A DNA stretch of 64,000 bases from Candidatus Nealsonbacteria bacterium (lineage in GTDB: Bacteria > Patescibacteriota > Minisyncoccia > Minisyncoccales > PWPS01), in contig PWHW01000006.1 in NCBI GenBank assembly GCA_003555075.1, forward strand, positions 14,728-78,727. Reading direction: 5' to 3'. Below the pieces are notes generated by a model. The model worked only from the letters and a program-made list of their open reading frames with translations, was not told the DNA's origin and searched no databases. This document shows, in pieces, positions 17,717-26,283 of this stretch. The first letter of the stretch is position 1; every line of letters begins with the position of its first letter. Position numbers and translations under genes: made by a program.

Positions 17717-19729
17717 TTATTTTACTTTTTTTATTCTTTCTTTTGGCTCCTTTAGTTTACAGTAAGAACAATAGAACTTCTCACCTTTTAAATAACCACA
17801 ACTCGGACAAATTGAAAAGGTGGGAGTGATGGTAATATAAGGAAGATGATAATTTTCGCACACTTTTTTGACCAAAGATTTCGCCGCATCAGGGTCTCCC
17901 ACTCTCTCTCCAAGAAAAAGGTGAAGAACCGTTCCTCCGGTGAATGTTTGCTGGAGTTCGTCTTGCAGATCAAGAGCTTCAAAAGGATCGTCGGTATAAT
18001 TGACCGGCAGGTGCACGGAATTAGTGTAATAGGGAGCATTCTCCGTACCGGCAGTAATAATATCGGGGTACTTCTCTTTATCCACTCTGGCTTGCCTGAA
18101 TGACGCCCCTTCGCCGGGTGTCGCCTCAAGATTATAAAGATTTCCCGTTTCCTCTTGGTAATGTACCAACCTGTCTCTCATGAAGCTTAGCACCTCCAGA
18201 GCAAATTCCCTTCCTTCTTTGGAAGCGACATTCTCTCCCATAAAATTAAGAAGAGACTCATTCATTCCTATAAGGCCGATGGTAGAGAAGTGGTTTCCGA
18301 AGTAAGACCCGCGTAGTTTCTTTACCGAATAGAGATAGTGCTTGGTATAAGGATAAAGGCCCTTCTCTATGAAGTCATCAAGAACCTTTCTCTTTAATTC
18401 AAGACTGTCCTTGGCAAGATCCATCATTTCCGCAAGTCTCTTATAGTAATCTTCCTTGTTATTTGCAAGATATCCTATGCGAGGAAGATTTATGGTAACC
18501 ACTCCCACGCTTCCCGTAAGAGGTTGAGAACCGAAGAGCCCTCCTCCTCTTTTTATCAGTTCATTGTTATCAAGCCTAAGACGGCAACACATAGAACGAA
18601 AATCCTCAGGATTCATGTCGGACTGCACAAAATTGGAGAAATAGTTTATCCCGTACTTGGAAGTAGCCTCCCACATCTTGTCAAGGTTTTTATTGTTCCA
18701 ATCAAAATCCTTGGTAATAGAGATTGTGGGAATGGGAAAAGTAAAGACCCTGCCTTTGGCATCTCCTTCCATCAAGACCTCATAAAAGGCCTTGTTGAAC
18801 ATGTCCATTTCCTCTTGGAAATCCCCGTAAGTATCCTTCTGAGGCTCGCCTCCGATTATCACGGGCTGATCCTTTAAGAATCCGGGAACGGTAACATCAA
18901 GAGAAATATTTATGAAGGGCGTTTGAAAGCCCACACGAGTGGGCACCATGCAATTGAAGATAAATTCCTGCAAAGATTGCTTGACCTGCTTATAGTCAAG
19001 CCCGTCCTTTCTTATAAAAGGAGCGAGAAAAGTGTCAAAATTGCTCATGGCCTGCGCTCCCGCACTCTCTCCTTGAAGAGTGAAAAAGAAGTTGACTATT
19101 TGTCCGAGAGCGGGACGGAGGTGTTTTGGCGGCTTTGACTCCACCTTGGAAGGGACTCCCCCGAACCCGCGCAAAAGAAGATCCTGTAGATCCCATCCAC
19201 AACAATAGGTAGCAAGAATATTGAGGTCATGTATATGAAAATCCTGGTTCTTTGCCGCCTCTCTTATCTTTTCGGGGTATATTTTGTTGAGCCAGTATTT
19301 TTTAGAGATGTGAGAGGTTGTGTACTGATTGAGCCCTTGAAGAGAATAGGTCATGTTGGCATTTTCCTTCACCTGCCAATCAATCTCATCAATATAGTTC
19401 TCTATAAGTTGAGTGGAATCATCAAGCTCCGAAACGGTCTCTCTTATCTCTCTCCTCTTTTCCCGGTAAATTATGTAGCTGCGAGCAGTTTCCGCCAATC
19501 CCTCCATGATAAGAACCTCCTCCACTATATTCTGCACTTCTTCCACATGGGGAATTTCCTCTCTGCTAAATCTCCTCATAAGGAGATCCAGCACTTTCTC
19601 CGTGACCTCCCTCGCCCTCTCTCCGTTGCCTTCCTTGGTGAAGGTCAGCGCTTTATAAACCGCATTCTCTATTTTTTGAGAATCAAAATCGGCTTTTCTA
19701 CCGTCTCTTTTTTCAACCTTGGAAATCAT
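17717..19729 (-). CDS. nrdD: Anaerobic ribonucleoside-triphosphate reductase, catalytic body (ATP-cone plus barrel plus Zn ribbon, no glycyl-radical motif)
   Basis: ATP-cone VEKRDGRKADFDSQKIENAV. Motifs SMCCRLRLD and GGGLFGS. C-terminal CPSCG...CSYC, then stop. Confidence 0.92.
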   Translation of the reverse strand: MISKVEKRDGRKADFDSQKIENAVYKALTFTKEGNGERAREVTEKVLDLLMRRFSREEIPHVEEVQNIVEEVLIMEGLAETARSYIIYREKRREIRETVSELDDSTQLIENYIDEIDWQVKENANMTYSLQGLNQYTTSHISKKYWLNKIYPEKIREAAKNQDFHIHDLNILATYCCGWDLQDLLLRGFGGVPSKVESKPPKHLRPALGQIVNFFFTLQGESAGAQAMSNFDTFLAPFIRKDGLDYKQVKQSLQEFIFNCMVPTRVGFQTPFINISLDVTVPGFLKDQPVIIGGEPQKDTYGDFQEEMDMFNKAFYEVLMEGDAKGRVFTFPIPTISITKDFDWNNKNLDKMWEATSKYGINYFSNFVQSDMNPEDFRSMCCRLRLDNNELIKRGGGLFGSQPLTGSVGVVTINLPRIGYLANNKEDYYKRLAEMMDLAKDSLELKRKVLDDFIEKGLYPYTKHYLYSVKKLRGSYFGNHFSTIGLIGMNESLLNFMGENVASKEGREFALEVLSFMRDRLVHYQEETGNLYNLEATPGEGASFRQARVDKEKYPDIITAGTENAPYYTNSVHLPVNYTDDPFEALDLQDELQQTFTGGTVLHLFLGERVGDPDAAKSLVKKVCENYHLPYITITPTFSICPSCGYLKGEKFYCSYCKLKEPKERIKKVK

Positions 19730-19842
19730 AATGAAACTAAATTAATTAAACAGTCAGGTTTATAAAGGCAACAAACAGCTGGCTCCCTCCAAAAGCCAAA
19801 ACAAAAAAATTCCCAATTGCCGACAAAAAGCTGAACATCAAA

Positions 19843-19871
19843 AATATCAAATAAGCACAAGAAATTGTCAA
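19843..19871 (-). promoter_or_regulatory. Candidate promoter of the nrdD operon
   Basis: Minus strand reads TTGACA (19871-19866), 17-nt spacer, GATATT (19848-19843). An approximately 110-nt leader follows. Confidence 0.5.
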
Positions 19872-19884
19872 AATGAGAATTTCT

Positions 19885-20814
19885 CTAAAAACCGGTCGCT
19901 ATGACGGTAACCTTGATCTCCCCTTCCTCCAGATCCTTGTCCTCAACCGCTCCAAAAATGATATTAGCATCCGAAGAGACCCTTTTCTTGATTACCTCCG
20001 CTATCTCGTTCAATTCGGAAAGACTAAGATCCTTCCCTCCATTCACATTGAAAAGTACCCCTTTGGCATTCTCGCAGGAAAGATCAACAAGCGGAAGATT
20101 CAAGGCATTTATGGCCGCTTCTTCTGCACGCCTTTTTCCTTTGGCAGAACCCTTGCCAAAGAGCGCCGATCCCGAATCCTTCATGATCGCCTTAACATCA
20201 GCGAAATCTATATTGATTATTCCCGGAAGGGTTATGAGATCGGAAATACCTTGTACCGCCTGGCGAAGTATCTCGTCGCAAGTCCAGAACGCTTGCGTAA
20301 GAGAAATGTTGGGATCCAGCGTCGAAAGGAGACGATCGTTGGAAATGGGAATGAGTGTGTCCACCTTGTCACGAACCTTGTCCAATCCTTTTTTGGCAAC
20401 TTTTCTCCTCTCCTTTCCTTCAAAGGAAAAAGGAGTAGTAACCACGGCAATAGTAAGAGCGCCTGTTTCTTTTGCTATCTCGGCTATCACGGGAAGAGCT
20501 CCGGTACCCGTTCCTCCTCCCAGACCGCATGTCAAAAAGACCATATCGGAATCCTTCAGTTTTTCCATTATTTCGTCCCTGCTCTCCTCCGCGGCCTTTC
20601 TTCCGGTCTCGGGATTCATTCCCGTACCAAGGCCTTCCGTAAGCTTCTTTCCTATGCGAAGGTTCACATCTCCTTTTGCGCTTCTTAGGTCTTGAAAATC
20701 CGTATTGACAGTAATAAGCTCCACTCCTTTTATGTCGCAGCCCGCCATTCTTGATATGGCGTTACCCCCCGATCCGCCGATACCAACCACTTTAATTTTT
20801 GGTAGATCCTTCAT
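19885..20814 (-). CDS. ftsZ: Cell division GTPase FtsZ (core only, no C-terminal linker or tail)
   Basis: Motifs VVGIGGSGGNAI, GLGGGTGTGALPVIAEIAKE and NIDFADV. The protein ends ...IKVTVIATGF*. Confidence 0.93.
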   Translation of the reverse strand: MKDLPKIKVVGIGGSGGNAISRMAGCDIKGVELITVNTDFQDLRSAKGDVNLRIGKKLTEGLGTGMNPETGRKAAEESRDEIMEKLKDSDMVFLTCGLGGGTGTGALPVIAEIAKETGALTIAVVTTPFSFEGKERRKVAKKGLDKVRDKVDTLIPISNDRLLSTLDPNISLTQAFWTCDEILRQAVQGISDLITLPGIINIDFADVKAIMKDSGSALFGKGSAKGKRRAEEAAINALNLPLVDLSCENAKGVLFNVNGGKDLSLSELNEIAEVIKKRVSSDANIIFGAVEDKDLEEGEIKVTVIATGF

Positions 20815-20826
20815 GTTTGTAATTAT

Positions 20827-22038
20827 TTACGGGATAAAGACTTTGAAAAATTTTTTAATCTTGGAAAGGAATCCTTTAAGATGCATGCTTTGCTTCTCCT
20901 CTTCCTCCAAGTCCATTCCGCAAAGAATAAGACCACAAACACTGGAAAAAGAAGTATCTTCTTCAAGGGGAAAGAATCTGCGAGGAGCTCCCATACGACA
21001 GGGAAGCCCTAATTTTTTCTTGGTAACCTCCTTCAAATGAGGGATTTTCGCGCCGCCACCGGTTAGAATCACTCCTCCGGGCAGATCCTTGTGCTTTGAG
21101 ATCTTCTTGAGTTCTTTTTGTATGGCATCAAATATTTCCTCTATTCTCGGTTCAGCTATCTTCTTGAGTTCGTTACGCTTGAAGGATATCTCTTCACCGG
21201 AAGTAAGTTTTATTCTTTCTTTCTTGGTGCTTTTTTCTCCCAAAATGGAAGAATTGAACTTATTCTTGATGAACTCGGCAGTTTCAACATCCACTTTTAA
21301 TCCAATGGCTATATCATTCCTGATATTATTGGTTCCTACCGGAAATACAGCAGTGTGCAGGAGATTGCCATCCTCATAAACCGAAATGCCGGTAGTACCG
21401 GCACCAAAGTTCACAACAAGTGCTCCCAATTCCTTTTCTTGGGCAGTGAGTACGGCACGTGCAGTAGCAATAGGATCCAGAACAAGATCACTGACTTGCA
21501 TGTTGGCGCTTAAAATAGCTTGGCTCAAGTTGCGAGAATAAGAAACAAATCCGCCTACGGCGACGATTTCCGTCTCAAGTCTCACACCTTGAAGTCCCAA
21601 GGGATCCTTGATCCCTCCCTCTTTATCAATAGTATATTCCCGGGGGATGATCTCCAGTATCTCTTTATTGGGAGGAAGAGAAAATGTTTTGGCAGCTTCT
21701 ATCACCCGATCCACATCCTCTTGCGCTATCTCTTGATCGGCCCTGGAAACAGAAATGAGACCTCTGGAGGCCAAACAGAATATATGCATTCCGTTTATAT
21801 TGGCATACACCTCCTCCACTTCTTGACCGGCCTCCTGTTTTGCCTCTTCCATGGTAGTCTGGATTATCCTTCCCACTCTATCGGGATCACTGACAACCCC
21901 TTTGCGAACTCCGGAAGAAACATTTTCCGATTTTCCCAAAACCTTGAATCCCGTTTCCTCGGGTTGTTTTTGTACAATGATCGCTTTTACACTGCCCGTT
22001 CCTACGTCAACGGCGGCAATTATGGGGGTTTTAGTCAT
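20827..22038 (-). CDS. ftsA: Cell division protein FtsA
   Basis: Actin-fold motifs VDVGTGSVKAIIV, VVNFGAGTTGISVY and ILTGGGAKIPHL. C-terminal amphipathic helix GFLSKIKKFFKVF. Confidence 0.92.
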   Translation of the reverse strand: MTKTPIIAAVDVGTGSVKAIIVQKQPEETGFKVLGKSENVSSGVRKGVVSDPDRVGRIIQTTMEEAKQEAGQEVEEVYANINGMHIFCLASRGLISVSRADQEIAQEDVDRVIEAAKTFSLPPNKEILEIIPREYTIDKEGGIKDPLGLQGVRLETEIVAVGGFVSYSRNLSQAILSANMQVSDLVLDPIATARAVLTAQEKELGALVVNFGAGTTGISVYEDGNLLHTAVFPVGTNNIRNDIAIGLKVDVETAEFIKNKFNSSILGEKSTKKERIKLTSGEEISFKRNELKKIAEPRIEEIFDAIQKELKKISKHKDLPGGVILTGGGAKIPHLKEVTKKKLGLPCRMGAPRRFFPLEEDTSFSSVCGLILCGMDLEEEEKQSMHLKGFLSKIKKFFKVFIP

Positions 22039-22066
22039 TTTTCTATTGTAACTCTTAAAAATTTAT

Positions 22067-22549
22067 TTACAAACCCAAAGAATTCAAATAGTGCGTTGTC
22101 CTTTCCTCCATGAGCCTTTTTTCCTCAGATGTCTCATGATCATAATCCAGCAAATGAAGTACACCGTGAATAATAACTTGGAAAAACTCTTTTGTAAAAT
22201 CCTCTTTTTTTGCCCCCTCTCTTACCTTTTCAGGGCAAATGATCATCTCTCCAAGAAGCTTTTCGTCATTATAAGGAAAGGAAAGGACATCAGTGACATA
22301 ATTCCTTCCCAGGTGTTCCTTGTTAAGCCGCCTTATATCATCCTCTTTTACAAGAACAACGGAAACCTCTTTTTTAGAAACCCCCTCACCCTTAAGGACC
22401 ACCTTGACAGCTTCAATAATTTGCTCTTTGTTAAAAGAAAACGGTGTAAGGTTATTAACCTCAACCGTTAAACCCTCGTTCTTGAAATCTCCCCCTTTGT
22501 CCTTGCGAGAATTTTCAAAAGAAGGATCGCTAATAAGGCCTTCTCCCAT
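22067..22549 (-). CDS. ybeY: rRNA maturation endoribonuclease YbeY
   Basis: Zinc motif HGVLHLLDYDHE; about 160 aa. Confidence 0.88.
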   Translation of the reverse strand: MGEGLISDPSFENSRKDKGGDFKNEGLTVEVNNLTPFSFNKEQIIEAVKVVLKGEGVSKKEVSVVLVKEDDIRRLNKEHLGRNYVTDVLSFPYNDEKLLGEMIICPEKVREGAKKEDFTKEFFQVIIHGVLHLLDYDHETSEEKRLMEERTTHYLNSLGL

Positions 22550-22555
22550 GACAAT

Positions 22556-22774
22556 CTATCTGATTTCTCCTCTTTTCCACTTCTTTCTGTATTCCTCCTG
22601 AAGTTGAAGGCGCCTCAAGGCAAGCCGTTTCTTTGCGTTCTCGCTGATAGGCCTCTGGTGAAAACGCCTTTTGCGCGCTTCTCTGATAATGCCACTCTGA
22701 ATCACCGAGCGAGTGAAACGATGCACAAGGCTACTATTATTTTCTTTTTCTTTTCTTTTTACTTCTAAAGGCAT
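22556..22774 (-). CDS. rpsU: 30S ribosomal protein S21 (bS21)-like
   Basis: MPLEV...LVHRFTRSVIQSGIIREARKRRFHQRP follows the S21 pattern MPxxxV..RFkR...G...E.r.r.F...P. Basic, 72 aa, located next to ybeY. Confidence 0.65.
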   Translation of the reverse strand: MPLEVKRKEKENNSSLVHRFTRSVIQSGIIREARKRRFHQRPISENAKKRLALRRLQLQEEYRKKWKRGEIR

Positions 22775-22804
22775 AATAAATAATCTATTTACTTATTTCC
22801 AATT

Positions 22805-23128
22805 TCATTCACTACCCCCCATAACGTGAATATGTAGGTGAAAGACCTCTTGCCCTCCCCCTTCGCCGACATTTATCTGTAATCTATACCCGCTTTCACT
22901 AATTCCTTCTTTTTTTGCCGCTTCTTTGGCAGTAAGAAGAATTTTTCCGGCAAGCTCCTCATCATTTTCTTTCACATCATTCAAGGTGGCAATATGCTTT
23001 CTTGGAACCACCAAGAGATGCACCGGAGCCTTGGGATTTATGTCCTTAAAAACCACTGCATGCTCGTTCTCAAGAACGGTATCCGCGGGAATTTCTTTCT
23101 TTATTATTTTACAAAAAATACAATCCAT
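22805..23128 (-). CDS. HIT-family nucleotide hydrolase/transferase
   Basis: CIFCKII N-terminus and histidine triad HLHIHVMGG. Confidence 0.9.
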   Translation of the reverse strand: MDCIFCKIIKKEIPADTVLENEHAVVFKDINPKAPVHLLVVPRKHIATLNDVKENDEELAGKILLTAKEAAKKEGISESGYRLQINVGEGGGQEVFHLHIHVMGGSE

Positions 23129-23180
23129 GGCTTAAAAGTAGGTTGTAATACATAATAACAGTTCCGGAGAGACAAAAAGA

Positions 23181-24467
23181 TCAGTTCTTTTTCTCTTTCA
23201 ATCTTTTCTTCACCTCTTTTACCGTCTCACTGGTCTGCACCTTCTCTTGTTGCCCCGAATCCATATCACGCAGGATCACCATGTCTTCCGCCGCCTCTTC
23301 TTTTCCGATAATGATCGTGATTGTTGCTCCGAGCTTTCCGGCTCTTGCCATCTGACTCTTCAACGAATCTTGAGCAAAAGACTCGGACACCGGAATGTTG
23401 TTATTCTTGAATTCCTCAAAAAGCGTAAGAGATTTTTTCTTTGCCAGATCACCCAGCTGAGCAATAAAAACCTGAGGCCTCTCCTTTTCCATCTTGAATC
23501 CGCTCTCCTTCATCGCAAGAATCGTTCTTTCAACTCCGACCGCCGCACCTGTTGCGGGCCGAGCTTCATCTCCTAAAACTTCACTTAGTCCATCATACCT
23601 TCCTCCGCCGCCTAGTGCAAGGGGGGCGCCTTCATCCTCTTCCTCTTTTCCAGAGGCAAAGAATTCATACACCGTACCGGTATAATAGTCAAGCCCTCTT
23701 ATCAAAAAAGGATTCAAATCGTAAGGAACACCTACTTCCTCAAGGAATTCAAGAGTTCTCTTGAAGTCCTCTTTGCATTTTTTACATATATAATCCAGTA
23801 TTTGCGGTGCATTCTCCTTTATTTTAACACACTTCTTGCAATCCAATGCTCTCAGGGGGTTCTTTTTCATCCTTCTCTTGCAATCGGCACAGAGCAGGTT
23901 GCTCTCTTTCTTGAGGTATTTTTTTAGTGCCGCGTGAAAATCCTCTCTGCACTTTTCATCTCCCATATTATTTATCTCCACCATCACGTTCTTGACTCCC
24001 AGTTCCTTGAAGATGTTATGTATCAATTTGATGATCTGCGCATCCACTACGGGACCCCCTTTTCCTATTACCTCAAATCCGAACTGCCAGAACTGGCGAT
24101 ACCTCCCGGCTTGAGATCTTTCATATCTGAAAAAGGGCTTAAAATAAAAGAATTTGACCGGCTGAGGTTTAGTGTAGAGACTGTGCTCAATATAAGCACG
24201 CATGATGGGAGCAGTGCCTTCCGGACGTAAAGCCACATCATCCCCTCCTTTAGTCTTAAAAGCATACATTTCCTTTTCCACTATATCAGTCTGCTCTCCA
24301 ACAGTCCGCGCAAAAACCCTCTTATCTTCCATTATGGGCGTTTCTATACCCTCAAAACCATAGATTCTGGCATTTCTACAGACAACCTCTCTTATTTTCT
24401 CAAAATAATCATATTCCCTGCCAAAAACATCGTGCATTCCGCCGGGACTCTGAAATTTTTTGGGCAT
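23181..24467 (-). CDS. hisS: Histidine--tRNA ligase
   Basis: Class II motifs RPEGTAPIMRAY, FRYERSQAGRYRQFWQFG and GGGRYDGL, with a C-terminal anticodon-binding domain. Confidence 0.93.
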   Translation of the reverse strand: MPKKFQSPGGMHDVFGREYDYFEKIREVVCRNARIYGFEGIETPIMEDKRVFARTVGEQTDIVEKEMYAFKTKGGDDVALRPEGTAPIMRAYIEHSLYTKPQPVKFFYFKPFFRYERSQAGRYRQFWQFGFEVIGKGGPVVDAQIIKLIHNIFKELGVKNVMVEINNMGDEKCREDFHAALKKYLKKESNLLCADCKRRMKKNPLRALDCKKCVKIKENAPQILDYICKKCKEDFKRTLEFLEEVGVPYDLNPFLIRGLDYYTGTVYEFFASGKEEEDEGAPLALGGGGRYDGLSEVLGDEARPATGAAVGVERTILAMKESGFKMEKERPQVFIAQLGDLAKKKSLTLFEEFKNNNIPVSESFAQDSLKSQMARAGKLGATITIIIGKEEAAEDMVILRDMDSGQQEKVQTSETVKEVKKRLKEKKN

Positions 24468-24586
24468 AATTGAATTAATTTGTTGTAAAAACTACAAGCC
24501 ACAAAGAACGATCCCCCCGCTTCGGTTCCACTATACCATTATAGTCCTTTTTAAAGCTTGTAATCTGAATGAGATCATTCATTTGT

Positions 24587-25144
24587 TTAATACTCCGGGA
24601 TCTTCACAGTGTTAAAAGTATCAAAGGGGGATATCTGAAAGAATACTCTTCCAATGATATATTCGCTCCGGAGCGATCCCCAGCTTCGTGAATCCAGGGA
24701 AGCAGGCCTATTGTCTCCCACCACAAAATACTCACCGTTTTCAAGGTATATCTCCTTTTCCTCCGTATTGCCAAAGTACATTATATAGTCCTCGCGCAAC
24801 TTCTCTCTTTCTCCTTCTTCTTCTATGAAAACTCTTCCTTCGTCAATAATAATCTTTTCTCCCGGAAGCCCTATGATACGTTTTATGTGCCTTTTTTGAG
24901 GGTCTTCCGGATAATTGAAGACCACCACCTCGCCTCTTTCGGGGTCACGAAAATAATAAGAGATCTGATCCACTAACAAGTAATCCGCTTGCTCAAAGCT
25001 CGGCTCCATGGAAGCTCCCCGCACTATAAAGGGTTGGAATAAAAAATAGCGTATCGGGACCACGATAAGCAACACCAAGAAAACGACCTTTGCCACCTCC
25101 AAAAAATAATCAAATACCCTTTTCATACGCCCAAATGGTAGCAA
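24587..25144 (-). CDS. lepB: Signal peptidase I (bacterial LepB/S26A type)
   Basis: Motifs GASMEPSF, KRIIGLPGE and GDNRPASLDSR, with an N-terminal TM segment. Confidence 0.9.
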   Translation of the reverse strand: MLPFGRMKRVFDYFLEVAKVVFLVLLIVVPIRYFLFQPFIVRGASMEPSFEQADYLLVDQISYYFRDPERGEVVVFNYPEDPQKRHIKRIIGLPGEKIIIDEGRVFIEEEGEREKLREDYIMYFGNTEEKEIYLENGEYFVVGDNRPASLDSRSWGSLRSEYIIGRVFFQISPFDTFNTVKIPEY

Positions 25145-25172
25145 ATTTCAATAAAATTATCAAGCACCTTTT

Positions 25173-25202
25173 TTGACCGCTTGACCAAGAATGAGGTATA
25201 AT
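25173..25202 (+). promoter_or_regulatory. Candidate pth promoter
   Basis: TTGACC (25173-25178), 18-nt spacer, TATAAT (25197-25202). Confidence 0.55.
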
Positions 25203-25213
25203 AAAATGAAAAA

Positions 25214-25849
25214 ATGAAAGGTATGTGGTCAAAAGTAAAAAAGAAGCTACTGAAAAAAGAAGAAGAGAAAGAAATTGATTATCTTTTGATAGGACTCGGC
25301 AATCCAAAAGAAAAATACAAGAAAACCGCTCACAATATCGGTTTCCGCGTTCTTACTCTCTTTAGGGAAGAAAACTGCCTCCCTCCTCTTTCAAAGGATA
25401 ATACCTTGAATTCACTCGTAACCAAGGGGCAACTGGAAGAAAAAAGGGTAGCAATCGTGCTTCCTCTTACTTTCATGAACCTCTCGGGAGAAGCGGTAAG
25501 AAGATCCGTGAAAAGATTCAAGGTGCCTTTGAGCAATATCATAGTGGTTCATGACGATATAGATCTTCCCATAGGAACACTTCGCTTTTCCATTTCGCGA
25601 AACAGTGGCGGTCATAAGGGAGTATCCTCGGTCATAAAAGCTCTTCAAACAAAGGATTTTGCAAGACTACGGATAGGAATAAGCAAAGAAGAAAAAGAAT
25701 CCGCCAAAGAAGTAGTGCTTAAAAATCTTCCCGCAGGAATGACCAAAATAGAGGAAAAGGCGTCAGAAGAACTAAAGGAATCCATTCTAAAAGAAGAGGT
25801 GATTGCAAGGACCATTAAAATGGAGGAAAAAAAGAACAAAGGCGATTAA
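25214..25849 (+). CDS. pth: Peptidyl-tRNA hydrolase
   Basis: Motifs LLIGLGNPKEKYKKTAHNIGF and VVHDDIDLPIG. The exact start among nearby ATGs is uncertain. Confidence 0.9.
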   Translation: MKGMWSKVKKKLLKKEEEKEIDYLLIGLGNPKEKYKKTAHNIGFRVLTLFREENCLPPLSKDNTLNSLVTKGQLEEKRVAIVLPLTFMNLSGEAVRRSVKRFKVPLSNIIVVHDDIDLPIGTLRFSISRNSGGHKGVSSVIKALQTKDFARLRIGISKEEKESAKEVVLKNLPAGMTKIEEKASEELKESILKEEVIARTIKMEEKKNKGD

Positions 25850-25865
25850 AGCCTTTGTTCTTTTT
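25827..25865. terminator. Bidirectional intrinsic terminator (pth on +, candidate sRNA on -)
   Basis: 10-bp stem GAACAAAGGC/GCCTTTGTTC with loop GATTAAA, which contains the pth stop codon. T5 run on +, T7 run on -. Confidence 0.8.
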
Positions 25866-26074
25866 CAACATTCCTTCGGGTTATCTACGAGCTCCGACCC
25901 TTACATCTGACAAGCAGTGTAAAAGTCAGAAATGTCCGTTTCGGACATCGGCCCATATTAAAAAGGAGGGATTTTTGATCGCAAACCTTTAAAAAGAATT
26001 TGCGAAGAAAAAAAGGGCCACTCGTAGATAATCCGAAAAAATATTGAATTTTAAAAACAACCGATCGAAATGGT
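25834..26074 (-). ncRNA. Candidate structured small RNA (~240 nt), class unknown
   Basis: A perfect consensus promoter sits upstream. Long-range stem TTATCTACGAG/CTCGTAGATAA encloses hairpins ATGTCCG/CGGACAT, TCTGAC/GTCAGA, TCGCAAA/TTTGCGA and GGCCC/GGGCC. It ends at the bidirectional terminator. No SD-led ORF is present. Confidence 0.45.
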
Positions 26075-26080
26075 GCTTTT

Positions 26081-26109
26081 ATTATATTACTACTTTTATA
26101 TATTGTCAA
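26081..26109 (-). promoter_or_regulatory. Perfect consensus sigma-70-like promoter (minus strand)
   Basis: Minus strand reads TTGACA (26109-26104), 17-nt spacer, TATAAT (26086-26081). Confidence 0.65.
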
Positions 26110-26283
26110 GCCCCCTCTTCTTTTCTTGAAAGAAAAAAGAGGCAAGAAAACCGTAAAGATGCAAGGGGTTTATATTTTCTTCTTTTGTGTTATGCTCTCT
26201 TTTACTTGACCAAAAAAGCGGTCTTTGAGAGCATTTTACAATGTCATCTCAAATATTCAAAGACCCTCATTAAATAAAAAAGT

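Noticed and set aside
19873-20695. Two + strand ORFs of about 270 aa opposite ftsZ.
   Set aside because: The minus-strand frame carries unmistakable FtsZ motifs. The + frames have no recognisable motifs and are antisense artefacts.
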